64,000 nucleotides of DNA from Escherichia coli (GTDB lineage: Bacteria; Pseudomonadota; Gammaproteobacteria; Enterobacterales; Enterobacteriaceae). The notes beneath the pieces were generated by a model that saw only the letters and a list, made by a program, of their open reading frames with translations, had not been told where the DNA came from and searched no databases. Below are positions 1 through 11,759 of the stretch, one piece after another (position 1 is the first letter of the stretch; the number at the start of each line of letters is the position of its first letter). The DNA is taken from assembly GCF_003334315.1 (NCBI RefSeq), contig NZ_QOWR01000010.1; one strand, 5' to 3'. The position numbers and the translations under genes were made by a program.

Positions 1-320
<320 letters not shown>

Positions 321-383
321 GCCTCTCATCTGTATAAATTTCGAACTACACTTAACTGGCTTCTCTTAACTGAGGTCACCATC

Positions 384-827
384 ATGCCGTTAAGTCCCTA
401 CCTCTCTTTTGCCGGTAACTGTTCCGACGCGATTGCCTATTATCAACGTACGTTGGGCGCGGAACTGCTCTATAAAATCAGCTTCGGCGAAATGCCAAAA
501 TCAGCGCAGGACAGCGCCGAGAACTGCCCTTCCGGAATGCAATTTCCCGATACCGCCATCGCCCACGCCAACGTGCGCATTGCCGGAAGCGACATCATGA
601 TGAGCGATGCTATACCGTCAGGAAAAGCCAGCTACTCCGGCTTTACGCTGGTGCTCGATTCGCAACAGGTCGAAGAAGGAAAACGCTGGTTTGATAACCT
701 TGCCGCTAACGGAAAAATTGAAATGGCCTGGCAGGAAACTTTCTGGGCGCATGGTTTCGGCAAAGTCACCGATAAATTTGGCGTACCGTGGATGATTAAT
801 GTCGTCAAACAACAACCAACGCAATAA
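384..827 (+). CDS. yjdN: PhnB-like VOC/glyoxalase-fold protein (147 aa)
   Basis: ORF begins MPLSPYLSFAGNCSDAIAYYQ, recognised as PhnB/YjdN. It sits directly upstream of phnC. Confidence 0.85.
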   Translation: MPLSPYLSFAGNCSDAIAYYQRTLGAELLYKISFGEMPKSAQDSAENCPSGMQFPDTAIAHANVRIAGSDIMMSDAIPSGKASYSGFTLVLDSQQVEEGKRWFDNLAANGKIEMAWQETFWAHGFGKVTDKFGVPWMINVVKQQPTQ

Positions 828-853
828 CCCGCCGGGAGGCCCGCCCTCCCGCA

Positions 854-915
854 CTGTCATCGAATTCCCGTTAACTCCTCATCTGTTAGTCACTTTTAAT
901 TAACCAAATCGTCAC
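854..915 (+). promoter_or_regulatory. Pho box (PhoB-binding direct repeats) of the phnC promoter
   Basis: ctgtcat at 854 and ctgttagtcacttttaattaaccaaatcgtcac at 883-915 resemble the CTGTCAT-type Pho box repeats, ending about 45 bp upstream of the phnC ATG. The RBS gggagg is at 946-951. Confidence 0.6.
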
Positions 916-959
916 AATAATCCGCCACGATGGAGCCACTTTTTTAGGGAGGCTGCATC

Positions 960-1748
960 ATGCAAACGATTATCCGTGTCGAGAAGCTCGCCAAAACCTT
1001 CAATCAGCATCAGGCGCTGCATGCGGTTGATCTGAACATTCATCACGGTGAAATGGTGGCTCTGCTTGGGCCGTCGGGTTCCGGCAAATCCACCCTTTTA
1101 CGTCACTTAAGCGGTTTGATTACCGGCGATAAATCTGTCGGTAGCCATATCGAGCTGCTGGGCCGCACAGTCCAGCGCGAAGGCCGTCTGGCGCGCGATA
1201 TCCGCAAAAGCCGCGCCAACACCGGCTACATCTTCCAACAATTCAACCTGGTGAACCGCCTGAGCGTACTGGAGAACGTGCTGATTGGCGCGCTCGGCAG
1301 CACGCCGTTCTGGCGCACCTGTTTTAGCTGGTTTACCCGCGAGCAGAAACAACGCGCGTTACAGGCGCTGACCCGCGTTGGCATGGTGCATTTTGCCCAT
1401 CAACGCGTTTCCACCCTCTCCGGCGGACAGCAGCAGCGTGTGGCGATTGCCCGCGCGCTGATGCAGCAGGCGAAGGTGATTCTGGCCGATGAACCCATCG
1501 CCTCGCTGGACCCGGAATCCGCCCGCATCGTGATGGACACCCTGCGCGACATCAATCAGAACGACGGCATCACCGTGGTCGTCACGCTGCATCAGGTGGA
1601 TTACGCCCTGCGCTACTGCGAACGCATCGTCGCCCTGCGCCAGGGGCACGTTTTCTACGACGGCAGCAGCCAACAGTTTGATAACGAACGTTTTGACCAT
1701 CTCTACCGCAGCATTAATCGCATCGAAGAGAACGCGAAAGCTGCCTGA
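960..1748 (+). CDS. phnC: Phosphonate ABC transporter ATP-binding protein
   Basis: 262 aa with Walker [13 protein letters not shown] signature LSGGQQQR and Walker B ILADEP. First gene of the phn cluster. Confidence 0.95.
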   Translation: MQTIIRVEKLAKTFNQHQALHAVDLNIHHGEMVALLGPSGSGKSTLLRHLSGLITGDKSVGSHIELLGRTVQREGRLARDIRKSRANTGYIFQQFNLVNRLSVLENVLIGALGSTPFWRTCFSWFTREQKQRALQALTRVGMVHFAHQRVSTLSGGQQQRVAIARALMQQAKVILADEPIASLDPESARIVMDTLRDINQNDGITVVVTLHQVDYALRYCERIVALRQGHVFYDGSSQQFDNERFDHLYRSINRIEENAKAA

Positions 1749-1772
1749 CATCCCCATCATTGAGGAAAACGA

Positions 1773-2789
1773 ATGAACGCTAAGATAATTGCCTCGCTGG
1801 CCTTCACCAGCATGTTCAGCCTCAGCACCCTGTTAAGCCCGGCACACGCCGAAGAGCAGGAAAAGGCGCTGAATTTCGGCATTATTTCAACGGAATCACA
1901 GCAAAACCTGAAACCGCAATGGACGCCATTCTTACAGGATATGGAGAAGAAGCTGGGCGTGAAGGTGAACGCCTTCTTTGCCCCAGACTACGCAGGCATT
2001 ATCCAGGGAATGCGCTTCAATAAAGTGGATATCGCCTGGTACGGCAACCTGTCGGCAATGGAAGCGGTGGATCGCGCCAACGGCCAGGTCTTCGCCCAGA
2101 CGGTCGCGGCGGATGGATCGCCAGGTTACTGGAGCGTGTTGATCGTCAACAAAGATAGTCCGATCAACAAACTGAACGATCTGCTGGCGAAGCGGAAAGA
2201 TCTCACCTTCGGCAATGGCGATCCTAACTCCACCTCTGGCTTCCTCGTCCCCGGTTACTACGTCTTTGCCAAAAACAATATCTCCGCCAGCGACTTTAAG
2301 CGCACCGTCAACGCTGGGCATGAAACCAACGCGCTGGCCGTCGCCAACAAGCAGGTGGATGTTGCCACCAACAACACCGAAAACCTCGACAAGCTGAAAA
2401 CCTCCGCGCCAGAGAAGCTGAAAGAACTGAAGGTGATCTGGAAGTCGCCGCTGATCCCAGGCGATCCGATCGTCTGGCGCAAGAATCTCTCCGAAACCAC
2501 CAAAGACAAGATCTACGACTTCTTTATGAACTACGGAAAAACGCCGGAAGAGAAAGCGGTGCTGGAACGCCTGGGCTGGGCCCCGTTCCGCGCCTCCAGC
2601 GACCTGCAACTGGTGCCGATTCGCCAGCTCGCACTGTTTAAAGAGATGCAGGGCGTAAAAAGCAATAAAGGACTGAATGAGCAGGACAAGCTGGCAAAAA
2701 CCACCGAGATTCAGGCGCAGCTGGATGACCTGGACCGCCTGAACAACGCGTTAAGCGCGATGAGTTCGGTAAGTAAAGCGGTGCAGTAA
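1773..2789 (+). CDS. phnD: Phosphonate ABC transporter periplasmic binding protein
   Basis: 338 aa with an N-terminal signal peptide ([26 protein letters not shown]). Position between phnC and phnE. Confidence 0.95.
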   Translation: MNAKIIASLAFTSMFSLSTLLSPAHAEEQEKALNFGIISTESQQNLKPQWTPFLQDMEKKLGVKVNAFFAPDYAGIIQGMRFNKVDIAWYGNLSAMEAVDRANGQVFAQTVAADGSPGYWSVLIVNKDSPINKLNDLLAKRKDLTFGNGDPNSTSGFLVPGYYVFAKNNISASDFKRTVNAGHETNALAVANKQVDVATNNTENLDKLKTSAPEKLKELKVIWKSPLIPGDPIVWRKNLSETTKDKIYDFFMNYGKTPEEKAVLERLGWAPFRASSDLQLVPIRQLALFKEMQGVKSNKGLNEQDKLAKTTEIQAQLDDLDRLNNALSAMSSVSKAVQ

Positions 2790-2878
2790 ATCGTAGGTCG
2801 GATACATCCGACAATGTGCAGGCGTTGATGCCGGATGCGGTGCAAGCACCTTATCCGGCCTACAGACCGGAGCCAAAC
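2790..2878. repeat. REP element between phnD and phnE
   Basis: gccggatgcggtgcaagcaccttatccggcctaca palindromic REP motif. The 5' extension of ORF 2816..3658 runs through this REP and is not the true start. Confidence 0.8.
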
Positions 2879-3658
2879 ATGCAAACCATCACCATCGCCC
2901 CACCCAAGCGCAGCTGGTTCTCGCTTCTGAGCTGGGCCGTTGTTCTCGCCGTGCTGGTCATCTCGTGGCAGGGCGCGGAAATGGCCCCGCTTACGCAGAT
3001 TAAAGACGGCGGCAACATGGCAACCTTCGCCGCCGACTTCTTCCCGCCCGATTTCAGCCAGTGGCAGGATTACCTCACCGAAATGGCCGTCACGCTGCAA
3101 ATCGCCGTCTGGGGCACCGCGCTGGCGGTGGTTCTCTCCATCCCCTTCGGTCTGATGAGCGCCGAAAACCTGGTGCCGTGGTGGGTTTACCAGCCCGTTC
3201 GCCGCCTGATGGACGCCTGCCGCGCCATTAACGAAATGGTCTTCGCCATGCTGTTCGTGGTCGCCGTCGGTCTCGGCCCGTTCGCTGGCGTGCTGGCGCT
3301 GTTTATCCACACCACCGGCGTGCTCTCCAAGCTGCTTTCCGAAGCGGTGGAAGCGATTGAACCCGGCCCGGTGGAAGGCATTCGCGCCACCGGCGCTAAC
3401 AAGCTCGAAGAGATCCTCTACGGCGTGCTGCCACAGGTGATGCCGCTGCTGATCTCCTACTCCCTCTATCGTTTCGAATCCAACGTCCGCTCGGCGACCG
3501 TCGTCGGCATGGTCGGTGCAGGCGGGATCGGCGTCACCCTGTGGGAAGCGATTCGCGGTTTCCAGTTCCAGCAAACCTGCGCCCTGATGGTGCTCATCAT
3601 CGTCACGGTCAGCCTGCTGGATTTCCTCTCTCAACGGTTGCGTAAGCACTTTATCTGA
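2879..3658 (+). CDS. phnE: Phosphonate ABC transporter permease, intact reading frame
   Basis: Start chosen at ATG 2879 ([25 protein letters not shown]...), downstream of the REP. Continuous ORF to 3658 with hydrophobic membrane-protein character. Confidence 0.85.
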   Translation: MQTITIAPPKRSWFSLLSWAVVLAVLVISWQGAEMAPLTQIKDGGNMATFAADFFPPDFSQWQDYLTEMAVTLQIAVWGTALAVVLSIPFGLMSAENLVPWWVYQPVRRLMDACRAINEMVFAMLFVVAVGLGPFAGVLALFIHTTGVLSKLLSEAVEAIEPGPVEGIRATGANKLEEILYGVLPQVMPLLISYSLYRFESNVRSATVVGMVGAGGIGVTLWEAIRGFQFQQTCALMVLIIVTVSLLDFLSQRLRKHFI

Positions 3659-3669
3659 TAAGCGAGGCA

Positions 3670-4404
3670 TTGATAGCTATGCACTTGTCTACACATCCGA
3701 CCAGCTACCCAACACGCTATCAGGAGATAGCCGCAAAACTTGAGCAGGAGCTTCGTCAACACTACCGCTGCGGCGACTATCTTCCCGCCGAGCAGCAACT
3801 GGCGGCGCGCTTTGAGGTGAACCGCCACACCCTGCGCCGCGCCATCGACCAGCTGGTGGAAAAAGGCTGGGTACAGCGCCGTCAGGGCGTCGGCGTACTG
3901 GTGCTGATGCGCCCGTTCGATTACCCGCTCAACGCCCAGGCGCGTTTTAGCCAGAACCTGCTGGATCAGGGCAGCCATCTCACCAGCGAAAAACTGCTGT
4001 CTGTGCTGCGCCCGGCCTCCGGTCACGTTGCTGACGCGCTGGGGATTACCGAGGGCGAGAACGTTATCCACCTGCGCACCCTGCGTCGGGTCAACGGCGT
4101 CGCGCTCTGTTTAATCGACCACTACTTTGCGGACCTCGCCCTCTGGCCGACGCTGCAACGCTTCGACAGCGGCTCGCTGCACGATTTTCTGCGCGAGCAA
4201 ACCGGAATTGCGCTGCGCCGCAGCCAGACGCGGATCAGCGCCCGCCGCGCCCAGGCCAAAGAGTGCCAGCGTCTTGAAATCCCGAATATGTCGCCGCTGC
4301 TGTGCGTGCGCACCCTTAACCACCGTGACGGTGAAAGCAGCCCGGCGGAGTACTCCGTCAGCCTGACGCGCGCCGACATGATTGAATTCACTATGGAGCA
4401 CTGA
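3670..4404 (+). CDS. phnF: GntR-family transcriptional regulator of the phn operon
   Basis: 244-aa ORF with an N-terminal HTH region (YLPAEQQLAARFEVNRHTLRRAIDQLVEKGW) and a UTRA-like C-terminus. The true start may be the ATG at 3679. Confidence 0.9.
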   Translation: MIAMHLSTHPTSYPTRYQEIAAKLEQELRQHYRCGDYLPAEQQLAARFEVNRHTLRRAIDQLVEKGWVQRRQGVGVLVLMRPFDYPLNAQARFSQNLLDQGSHLTSEKLLSVLRPASGHVADALGITEGENVIHLRTLRRVNGVALCLIDHYFADLALWPTLQRFDSGSLHDFLREQTGIALRRSQTRISARRAQAKECQRLEIPNMSPLLCVRTLNHRDGESSPAEYSVSLTRADMIEFTMEH

Positions 4405-4857
4405 ATGCACGCAGATACCGCGACCCGCCAGCACTGGATGTCCGTACTGGCGCACAGCCAACCGGCTGAACTGGCAGCCCGCCTGAACGCGCTGAACATC
4501 ACCGCCGACTATGAAGTGATCCGCACCGCCGAAACCGGCCTGGTGCAGATTCAGGCGCGAATGGGCGGTACCGGCGAACGCTTTTTTGCCGGCGACGCCA
4601 CGCTGACCCGCGCCGCCGTACGCCTGACTGACGGCACCCTCGGCTACAGCTGGGTGCTGGGGCGCGACAAACAGCACGCCGAACGCTGCGCGCTGATTGA
4701 CGCGTTGATGCAGCAATCTCGCCATTTTCAAAACTTATCAGAAACCCTTATTGCCCCGCTGGACGCTGACCGTATGGCACGCATTGCCGCACGCCAGGCC
4801 GAAGTGAACGCCAGCCGGGTCGACTTCTTTACGATGGTTCGCGGAGACAACGCATGA
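4405..4857 (+). CDS. phnG: C-P lyase complex subunit PhnG
   Basis: 150 aa, [19 protein letters not shown]... Overlaps the phnH start. Confidence 0.9.
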   Translation: MHADTATRQHWMSVLAHSQPAELAARLNALNITADYEVIRTAETGLVQIQARMGGTGERFFAGDATLTRAAVRLTDGTLGYSWVLGRDKQHAERCALIDALMQQSRHFQNLSETLIAPLDADRMARIAARQAEVNASRVDFFTMVRGDNA

Positions 4858-5438
4858 CCCTGGAAACCGCTTTTATGCTTCCCGTGCAGGATGCCCAGCA
4901 CAGTTTTCGTCGCCTGTTAAAAGCCATGAGCGAGCCGGGCGTGATTGTCGCCCTGCATCAGCTCAAGCGCGGCTGGCAGCCGCTGAATATCGCCACCACC
5001 AGCGTGCTGCTGACGCTGGCCGATAACGACACGCCGGTGTGGCTTGCCACGCCATTAAGTAACGATATCGTCAGCCAGAGCCTGCGTTTTCATACCAACG
5101 CGCCGCTGGTTAGCCAGCCGGAACAGGCGACCTTCGCGGTGACGGATGAGGCGATTTCCAGCGAACAGCTCAACGCCCTTTCCACCGGCACCGCCGTTGC
5201 GCCGGAAGCGGGCGCGACGCTGATTTTACAGGTCGCCAGCCTGAGCGGCGGGCGTATGTTGCGCCTCACCGGCGCGGGCATTGCCGAAGAACGAATGATC
5301 GCCCCGCAGCTGCCGGAATGCATTCTGCACGAACTCACCGAGCGCCCGCACCCGTTCCCGCTCGGCATCGACCTGATCCTGACCTGCGGTGAGCGCCTGC
5401 TGGCTATCCCGCGAACCACTCATGTGGAGGTGTGCTGA
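4854..5438 (+). CDS. phnH: C-P lyase complex subunit PhnH
   Basis: 194 aa. ATGA overlap with the phnG stop and a 1-nt overlap with the phnI ATG at 5438. Confidence 0.9.
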   Translation: MTLETAFMLPVQDAQHSFRRLLKAMSEPGVIVALHQLKRGWQPLNIATTSVLLTLADNDTPVWLATPLSNDIVSQSLRFHTNAPLVSQPEQATFAVTDEAISSEQLNALSTGTAVAPEAGATLILQVASLSGGRMLRLTGAGIAEERMIAPQLPECILHELTERPHPFPLGIDLILTCGERLLAIPRTTHVEVC

Positions 5439-6502
5439 TGTACGTTGCCGTGAAAGGGGGCGAAAAGGCGATCGACGCCGCCCACGCCCTGCAAGAGAGC
5501 CGACGCCGGGGCGATACCGATTTGCCTGAACTGAGCGTCGCCCAGATTGAACAGCAGCTTAATCTCGCGGTGGATCGCGTGATGACCGAAGGCGGCATTG
5601 CCGACCGCGAACTGGCGGCGCTGGCGCTGAAACAGGCCAGCGGCGATAACGTTGAAGCGATTTTCCTGCTGCGCGCCTACCGCACCACGCTGGCAAAGCT
5701 GGCGGTAAGCGAGCCGCTCGACACCACCGGGATGCGTCTCGAACGGCGTATTTCGGCGGTTTATAAAGACATTCCCGGCGGCCAGCTGCTTGGCCCAACC
5801 TACGACTACACCCATCGCCTGCTCGATTTCACCCTGCTGGCAAACGGTGAAGCGCCGACGCTGACCACCGCCGACAGCGAACAACAGCCGTCGCCGCACG
5901 TTTTCAGCCTGCTGGCGCGTCAGGGGCTGGCGAAGTTTGAAGAAGATAGCGGCGCACAGCCGGATGACATCACCCACACGCCGCCGGTTTACCCCTGCTC
6001 ACGTTCTTCCCGTTTGCAGCAGTTAATGCGCGGGGACGAAGGCTATTTGCTGGCGCTGGCCTACTCTACCCAGCGCGGTTACGGGCGCAACCACCCGTTC
6101 GCGGGCGAGATCCGCAGTGGTTACATCGACGTGTCGATTGTGCCCGAAGAGCTGGGATTTGCGGTAAACGTCGGCGAACTGCTGATGACCGAGTGTGAAA
6201 TGGTCAACGGTTTTATCGATCCGCCGGATGAACCACCGCATTTTACACGCGGCTACGGGCTGGTGTTCGGCATGAGCGAGCGCAAAGCGATGGCAATGGC
6301 GCTAGTCGATCGTGCGTTGCAGGCCCCGGAGTACGGCGAGCACGCGACAGGCCCGGCGCAGGATGAAGAGTTCGTGCTGGCACATGCCGACAATGTCGAA
6401 GCCGCAGGCTTTGTCTCGCACCTCAAACTCCCCCACTACGTCGATTTCCAGGCCGAACTGGAGCTACTCAAACGTCTGCAACAGGAGCAGAACCATGGCT
6501 AA
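5438..6502 (+). CDS. phnI: C-P lyase complex subunit PhnI (ribosyl-triphosphate-forming nucleosidase)
   Basis: ATG at 5438 ([16 protein letters not shown]...), 354 aa. The ORF-track start at 5432 is an upstream GTG in the same frame. Confidence 0.9.
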   Translation: MYVAVKGGEKAIDAAHALQESRRRGDTDLPELSVAQIEQQLNLAVDRVMTEGGIADRELAALALKQASGDNVEAIFLLRAYRTTLAKLAVSEPLDTTGMRLERRISAVYKDIPGGQLLGPTYDYTHRLLDFTLLANGEAPTLTTADSEQQPSPHVFSLLARQGLAKFEEDSGAQPDDITHTPPVYPCSRSSRLQQLMRGDEGYLLALAYSTQRGYGRNHPFAGEIRSGYIDVSIVPEELGFAVNVGELLMTECEMVNGFIDPPDEPPHFTRGYGLVFGMSERKAMAMALVDRALQAPEYGEHATGPAQDEEFVLAHADNVEAAGFVSHLKLPHYVDFQAELELLKRLQQEQNHG

Positions 6503-7340
6503 TCTGAGCGGCTACAACTTTGCCTACCTCGACGAGCAGACCAAACGCATGATCCGCCGCGCCATCTTAAAAGCGGTAGCGATCCCCGGTTATCAGGTAC
6601 CTTTTGGCGGGCGCGAGATGCCAATGCCATACGGCTGGGGAACCGGCGGCATACAGCTCACCGCCAGCGTGATTGGCGAAAGCGACGTGCTGAAGGTGAT
6701 TGACCAGGGCGCAGACGACACCACCAACGCCGTGTCGATCCGCAACTTCTTTAAGCGCGTGACCGGGGTAAACACCACTGAACGTACGGACGATGCGACG
6801 CTTATCCAGACGCGCCATCGCATCCCCGAAACGCCGCTGACCGAAGATCAGATAGTTATTTTCCAGGTGCCAATCCCCGAACCGCTGCGCTTTATCGAGC
6901 CGCGCGAAACGGAAACCCGCACCATGCACGCGCTGGAAGAGTACGGCGTGATGCAGGTGAAACTGTATGAAGATATCGCCCGCTTCGGTCATATCGCCAC
7001 TACCTACGCCTATCCGGTGAAGGTGAACGGGCGCTACGTAATGGACCCGTCGCCGATCCCGAAATTCGATAACCCGAAAATGGACATGATGCCCGCCCTG
7101 CAACTGTTCGGCGCGGGGCGCGAGAAGCGCATCTATGCGGTGCCGCCGTTTACCCGCGTGGAAAGCCTCGATTTCGACGATCACCCGTTCACCGTTCAGC
7201 AGTGGGATGAGCCGTGCGCCATCTGCGGATCGACCCACAGCTATCTTGATGAAGTGGTGCTGGATGACGCCGGAAACCGCATGTTTGTCTGCTCCGATAC
7301 CGATTATTGCCGCCAACAGAGCGAGGCAAAAAACCAATGA
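6495..7340 (+). CDS. phnJ: C-P lyase catalytic subunit PhnJ
   Basis: ATG at 6495 (MANLSGYNFAYLDEQTKRMIRR...), 281 aa, with the C-terminal Cys cluster CAICGS...VCSDTDYC. The longer ORF from 6312 is an out-of-context 5' extension overlapping phnI. Confidence 0.9.
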   Translation: MANLSGYNFAYLDEQTKRMIRRAILKAVAIPGYQVPFGGREMPMPYGWGTGGIQLTASVIGESDVLKVIDQGADDTTNAVSIRNFFKRVTGVNTTERTDDATLIQTRHRIPETPLTEDQIVIFQVPIPEPLRFIEPRETETRTMHALEEYGVMQVKLYEDIARFGHIATTYAYPVKVNGRYVMDPSPIPKFDNPKMDMMPALQLFGAGREKRIYAVPPFTRVESLDFDDHPFTVQQWDEPCAICGSTHSYLDEVVLDDAGNRMFVCSDTDYCRQQSEAKNQ

Positions 7341-8095
7341 ATCAACCGTTACTTTCGGTCAATAACCTGACCCACCTTTACGCGCCGGGCAAAGGCTTTA
7401 GCGATGTCTCTTTTGATTTATGGCCGGGGGAAGTGCTGGGCATTGTCGGGGAGTCCGGCTCCGGGAAGACCACGCTGCTGAAATCAATCTCCGCGCGCCT
7501 GACGCCGCAGCAGGGGGAAATTCACTATGAAAACCGTTCCCTCTATGGCATGAGCGAGGCCGACCGCCGTCGCCTGCTGCGCACCGAATGGGGCGTGGTG
7601 CATCAGCATCCGCTCGACGGCCTGCGCCGCCAGGTCTCGGCAGGCGGCAATATCGGCGAGCGGCTGATGGCGACCGGGGCGCGTCATTACGGCGATATTC
7701 GCGCCACCGCGCAGAAGTGGCTGGAAGAGGTGGAAATTCCCGCCAACCGGATCGACGACCTGCCGACCACCTTTTCCGGTGGCATGCAGCAGCGTTTGCA
7801 GATTGCCCGCAATCTGGTGACGCATCCGAAGCTGGTGTTTATGGACGAGCCAACCGGCGGGCTGGATGTGTCGGTGCAGGCACGCCTGCTCGATCTGCTG
7901 CGCGGCCTGGTGGTGGAGCTGAACCTGGCGGTGGTGATTGTCACCCATGATTTAGGCGTTGCCCGCCTGCTGGCGGACCGTTTGCTGGTGATGAAACAGG
8001 GGCAAGTGGTGGAGAGTGGGTTAACCGACCGCGTGCTCGACGACCCGCACCATCCGTACACCCAGTTGCTGGTGTCATCGGTTTTGCAGAATTGA
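7337..8095 (+). CDS. phnK: C-P lyase ABC-ATPase-like subunit PhnK
   Basis: [15 protein letters not shown]..., Walker [10 protein letters not shown], 252 aa. ATGA overlap with phnJ. Confidence 0.9.
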   Translation: MNQPLLSVNNLTHLYAPGKGFSDVSFDLWPGEVLGIVGESGSGKTTLLKSISARLTPQQGEIHYENRSLYGMSEADRRRLLRTEWGVVHQHPLDGLRRQVSAGGNIGERLMATGARHYGDIRATAQKWLEEVEIPANRIDDLPTTFSGGMQQRLQIARNLVTHPKLVFMDEPTGGLDVSVQARLLDLLRGLVVELNLAVVIVTHDLGVARLLADRLLVMKQGQVVESGLTDRVLDDPHHPYTQLLVSSVLQN

Positions 8096-8200
<105 letters not shown>

Positions 8201-8205
8201 GAAAA

Positions 8206-8886
8206 ATGATTAACGTACAAAACGTCAGTAAAACCTTCATCCTGCACCAGCAAAACGGCGTGCGCCTGCCCGTCCTCAACCGCGCCTCGCTCATCGTCAA
8301 CGCGGGCGAATGCGTGGTGCTCCACGGCCATTCCGGCAGCGGCAAATCAACCCTGCTGCGCTCGCTGTACGCCAACTATCTGCCCGACGAAGGGCAAATC
8401 CAGATTAAACACGGTGACGAATGGGTAGACCTGGTCACCGCGCCAGCCCGCAAAGTGGTGGAGATCCGCAAAACCACCGTCGGCTGGGTGAGCCAGTTTC
8501 TGCGCGTTATCCCGCGCATTTCGGCGCTGGAAGTAGTAATGCAGCCGCTGCTCGATACCGGCGTACCGCGTGAAGCCTGCGCCGCTAAAGCCGCCCGATT
8601 ACTGACGCGCCTGAACGTGCCTGAACGCCTGTGGCACCTTGCACCATCGACCTTCTCCGGCGGCGAACAGCAGCGCGTCAACATCGCCCGCGGCTTTATC
8701 GTCGACTACCCGATTCTGCTGCTCGACGAACCTACCGCCTCGCTGGACGCCAAAAACAGCGCCGCGGTGGTGGAACTGATTCACGAAGCCAAAGTCCGTG
8801 GCGCAGCCATCGTCGGCATCTTCCATGACGAAGCTGTACGTAATGACGTTGCCGACCGCCTGCACCCAATGGGAGCCTCTTCATGA
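8206..8886 (+). CDS. phnL: C-P lyase ABC-ATPase-like subunit PhnL
   Basis: ATG at 8206 ([18 protein letters not shown]...), Walker [10 protein letters not shown], 226 aa. The upstream part of ORF 8092.. reads through the REP and is spurious. Confidence 0.9.
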   Translation: MINVQNVSKTFILHQQNGVRLPVLNRASLIVNAGECVVLHGHSGSGKSTLLRSLYANYLPDEGQIQIKHGDEWVDLVTAPARKVVEIRKTTVGWVSQFLRVIPRISALEVVMQPLLDTGVPREACAAKAARLLTRLNVPERLWHLAPSTFSGGEQQRVNIARGFIVDYPILLLDEPTASLDAKNSAAVVELIHEAKVRGAAIVGIFHDEAVRNDVADRLHPMGASS

Positions 8887-10019
8887 TTATCAATAACGTC
8901 AAATTGGTGCTGGAAAACGAAGTGGTACACGGTTCACTGGAGGTGCAGGACGGCGAAATCCGCGCCTTTGCCGAAAGCCAGAGCCGCCTGCCGGAGGCGA
9001 TGGACGGCGAAGGCGGCTGGCTGCTGCCGGGGCTGATTGAGCTGCATACCGATAATCTGGATAAATTCTTCACCCCGCGCCCGAAAGTTGACTGGCCTGC
9101 CCACTCGGCGATGAGCAGCCACGACGCGCTGATGGTGGCGAGCGGCATCACCACCGTACTGGATGCCGTGGCAATTGGCGACGTGCGCGACGGCGGCGAT
9201 CGGCTGGAGAATCTTGAGAAGATGATCAACGCCATCGAAGAGACGCAGAAACGCGGCGTCAACCGCGCCGAGCACCGTCTGCATCTGCGCTGCGAACTGC
9301 CGCATCACACCACGCTGCCGCTGTTTGAAAAACTGGTGCAGCGCGAGCCGGTGACGCTGGTGTCGCTGATGGACCACTCGCCGGGCCAGCGCCAGTTCGC
9401 TAACCGCGAGAAGTACCGTGAATATTATCAGGGCAAATACTCCCTCACCGATGCGCAGATGCAGCAGTACGAAGAAGAGCAACTGGCGCTTGCCGCACGC
9501 TGGTCACAGCCTAATCGCGAATCCATCGCCGCAATGTGCCGCGCAAGACAAATTGCCCTCGCCAGCCACGATGACGCCACGCATGCCCACGTTGCCGAAT
9601 CACACCAGCTTGGCAGCGTCATCGCCGAATTTCCCACCACGTTTGAAGCAGCGGAAGCCTCGCGCAAGCATGGCATGAACGTGCTGATGGGCGCGCCAAA
9701 TATCGTGCGCGGCGGCTCGCACTCCGGCAACGTGGCGGCCAGTGAACTGGCGCAGCTTGGCCTGCTGGATATACTCTCTTCCGACTACTACCCCGCCAGC
9801 CTGCTGGATGCGGCGTTCCGCGTCGCCGATGACGAGAGCAACCGCTTTACGCTACCGCAGGCGGTGAAGCTGGTGACCAAAAATCCGGCCCAGGCGCTGA
9901 ATCTTCAGGATCGCGGGGTGATTGGCGAGGGCAAACGCGCCGACCTGGTGCTGGCGCATCGCAAGGGCAATCACATTCATATCGACCACGTCTGGCGTCA
10001 GGGGAAAAGGGTGTTCTGA
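8883..10019 (+). CDS. phnM: Amidohydrolase-family C-P lyase component PhnM
   Basis: 378 aa. ATGA overlap with phnL. Confidence 0.9.
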   Translation: MIINNVKLVLENEVVHGSLEVQDGEIRAFAESQSRLPEAMDGEGGWLLPGLIELHTDNLDKFFTPRPKVDWPAHSAMSSHDALMVASGITTVLDAVAIGDVRDGGDRLENLEKMINAIEETQKRGVNRAEHRLHLRCELPHHTTLPLFEKLVQREPVTLVSLMDHSPGQRQFANREKYREYYQGKYSLTDAQMQQYEEEQLALAARWSQPNRESIAAMCRARQIALASHDDATHAHVAESHQLGSVIAEFPTTFEAAEASRKHGMNVLMGAPNIVRGGSHSGNVAASELAQLGLLDILSSDYYPASLLDAAFRVADDESNRFTLPQAVKLVTKNPAQALNLQDRGVIGEGKRADLVLAHRKGNHIHIDHVWRQGKRVF

Positions 10020-10576
10020 TGACGGGAAAACTGATTTGGTTAATGGGGCCGTCCGGCTCCGGGAAAGACAGCCTGCTGGCGGAACTCCGCCTGCGGGAAC
10101 AGACGCAGCTACTGGTGGCGCATCGCTACATCACGCGCGATGCCAGCGCCGGAAGTGAAAACCATATCGCCCTGAGTGAGCGGGAGTTTTTTTCCCGCGC
10201 GGGGCAAAATCTGCTGGCCTTAAGCTGGCACGCTAACGGTCTGTATTATGGCGTCGGCGTCGAGATTGACCTCTGGCTGCACGCCGGATTCGACGTGGTG
10301 GTCAACGGTTCACGCGCGCATTTGCCGCAGGCACGGGCGCGCTATCAATCGGCGCTGCTGCCCATTTGCTTACAGGTGTCGCCGGAGATCCTGCGCCAGC
10401 GCCTGGAAAACCGTGGCCGTGAAAACGCCAGTGAAATTAACGCCCGCCTGGCGCGCGCCGCCCGCTATACTCCACAGGATTGCCATACGCTCAACAATGA
10501 CGGCAGCCTGCGCCAGTCGGTCGACACGCTGCTGACGCTGATTCATCAGAAGGAGAAACACCATGCCTGCTTGTGA
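10019..10576 (+). CDS. phnN: Ribose 1,5-bisphosphate phosphokinase PhnN
   Basis: 185 aa with P-loop GPSGSGKDS. Confidence 0.9.
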
Positions 10577-10997
10577 GCTTCGCCCGGCCACGCAGTACGA
10601 CACCGACGCGGTTTACGCGCTGATTTGCGAGCTAAAACAGGCGGAGTTTGACCACCACGCGTTTCGCGTGGGCTTTAACGCCAACCTGCGCGACCCGAAC
10701 ATGCGCTACCATCTGGCGCTGCTGGATGGCGAAGTTGTCGGCATGATCGGCCTGCATTTGCAGTTTCATCTGCATCATGTCAACTGGATCGGTGAAATTC
10801 AGGAACTGGTGGTGATGCCGCAGGCGCGCGGCCTGAACGTCGGTAGCAAGTTGCTGGCGTGGGCAGAAGAAGAAGCCCGCCAGGCCGGGGCCGAAATGAC
10901 CGAGCTTTCGACCAACGTGAAGCGCCACGACGCACACCGTTTCTATCTGCGCGAAGGCTACGAGCAGAGCCACTTCCGCTTCACGAAGGCGCTGTAA
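10563..10997 (+). CDS. phnO: GNAT aminoalkylphosphonate N-acetyltransferase PhnO
   Basis: 144 aa. 14-nt overlap with phnN. Confidence 0.9.
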
Positions 10998-10998
10998 C

Positions 10999-11757
10999 AT
11001 GAGCCTGACCCTCACGCTCACCGGCACCGGCGGCGCACAGGGCGTTCCGGCATGGGGCTGCGAGTGTGCGGCCTGCGCCAGAGCGCGGCGCTCACCGCAG
11101 TATCGCCGCCAACCGTGCAGCGGCGTAGTGAAGTTTAACGAGGCGATCACCCTGATCGACGCCGGGCTGCACGATCTCGCCGATCGCTGGTCGCCCGGAT
11201 CGTTCCAGCAGTTTTTGCTGACGCATTATCATATGGATCACGTCCAGGGGCTGTTTCCGCTGCGCTGGGGCGTTGGCGATCCGATCCCGGTTTACGGCCC
11301 GCCGGATGACCAGGGCTGCGACGATCTGTTTAAACATCCGGGCCTGCTTGATTTCAGCCACACGGTGGAACCGTTTGTGGTGTTTGATTTGCAGGGGTTA
11401 CAGGTCACGCCCCTGCCGCTCAACCACTCAAAACTGACCTTCGGTTATCTGCTGGAAACGGCACACAGCCGGGTGGCGTGGCTGTCTGACACCGCAGGCT
11501 TGCCAGAAAAAACGCTGAAATTTTTACGCAATAATCAGCCGCAGGTAATGGTGATGGATTGCAGTCACCCGCCGCGCGCGGATGCACCGCGTAATCACTG
11601 TGATTTAAATACCGTGCTTGCGCTGAATCAGGTTATCCGCTCGCCACGGGTGATTCTGACCCATATCAGCCACCAGTTTGATGCGTGGCTGATGGAAAAC
11701 GCACTACCGTCAGGGTTTGAGGTGGGGTTTGATGGGATGGAGATTGGGGTGGCGTGA
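10999..11757 (+). CDS. phnP: Metallo-beta-lactamase-fold phosphodiesterase PhnP
   Basis: 252 aa with the HxHxDH motif ([11 protein letters not shown]). Last gene of the operon. Confidence 0.9.
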   Translation: MSLTLTLTGTGGAQGVPAWGCECAACARARRSPQYRRQPCSGVVKFNEAITLIDAGLHDLADRWSPGSFQQFLLTHYHMDHVQGLFPLRWGVGDPIPVYGPPDDQGCDDLFKHPGLLDFSHTVEPFVVFDLQGLQVTPLPLNHSKLTFGYLLETAHSRVAWLSDTAGLPEKTLKFLRNNQPQVMVMDCSHPPRADAPRNHCDLNTVLALNQVIRSPRVILTHISHQFDAWLMENALPSGFEVGFDGMEIGVA

Positions 11758-11759
11758 TG

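Noticed and set aside
2711-3670. 319-aa minus-strand ORF antisense to phnE
   Set aside because: Antisense to an intact permease gene in a GC-rich region. The translation is Asp/Gly/His-rich with no domain.
6312-6494. 5' extension of phnJ (ORF track starts at 6312)
   Set aside because: Overlaps the phnI coding region in another frame. The recognisable PhnJ N-terminus begins at the ATG at 6495.
6567-7337. 256-aa minus-strand ORF antisense to phnJ
   Set aside because: Fully nested antisense to phnJ; no independent support.
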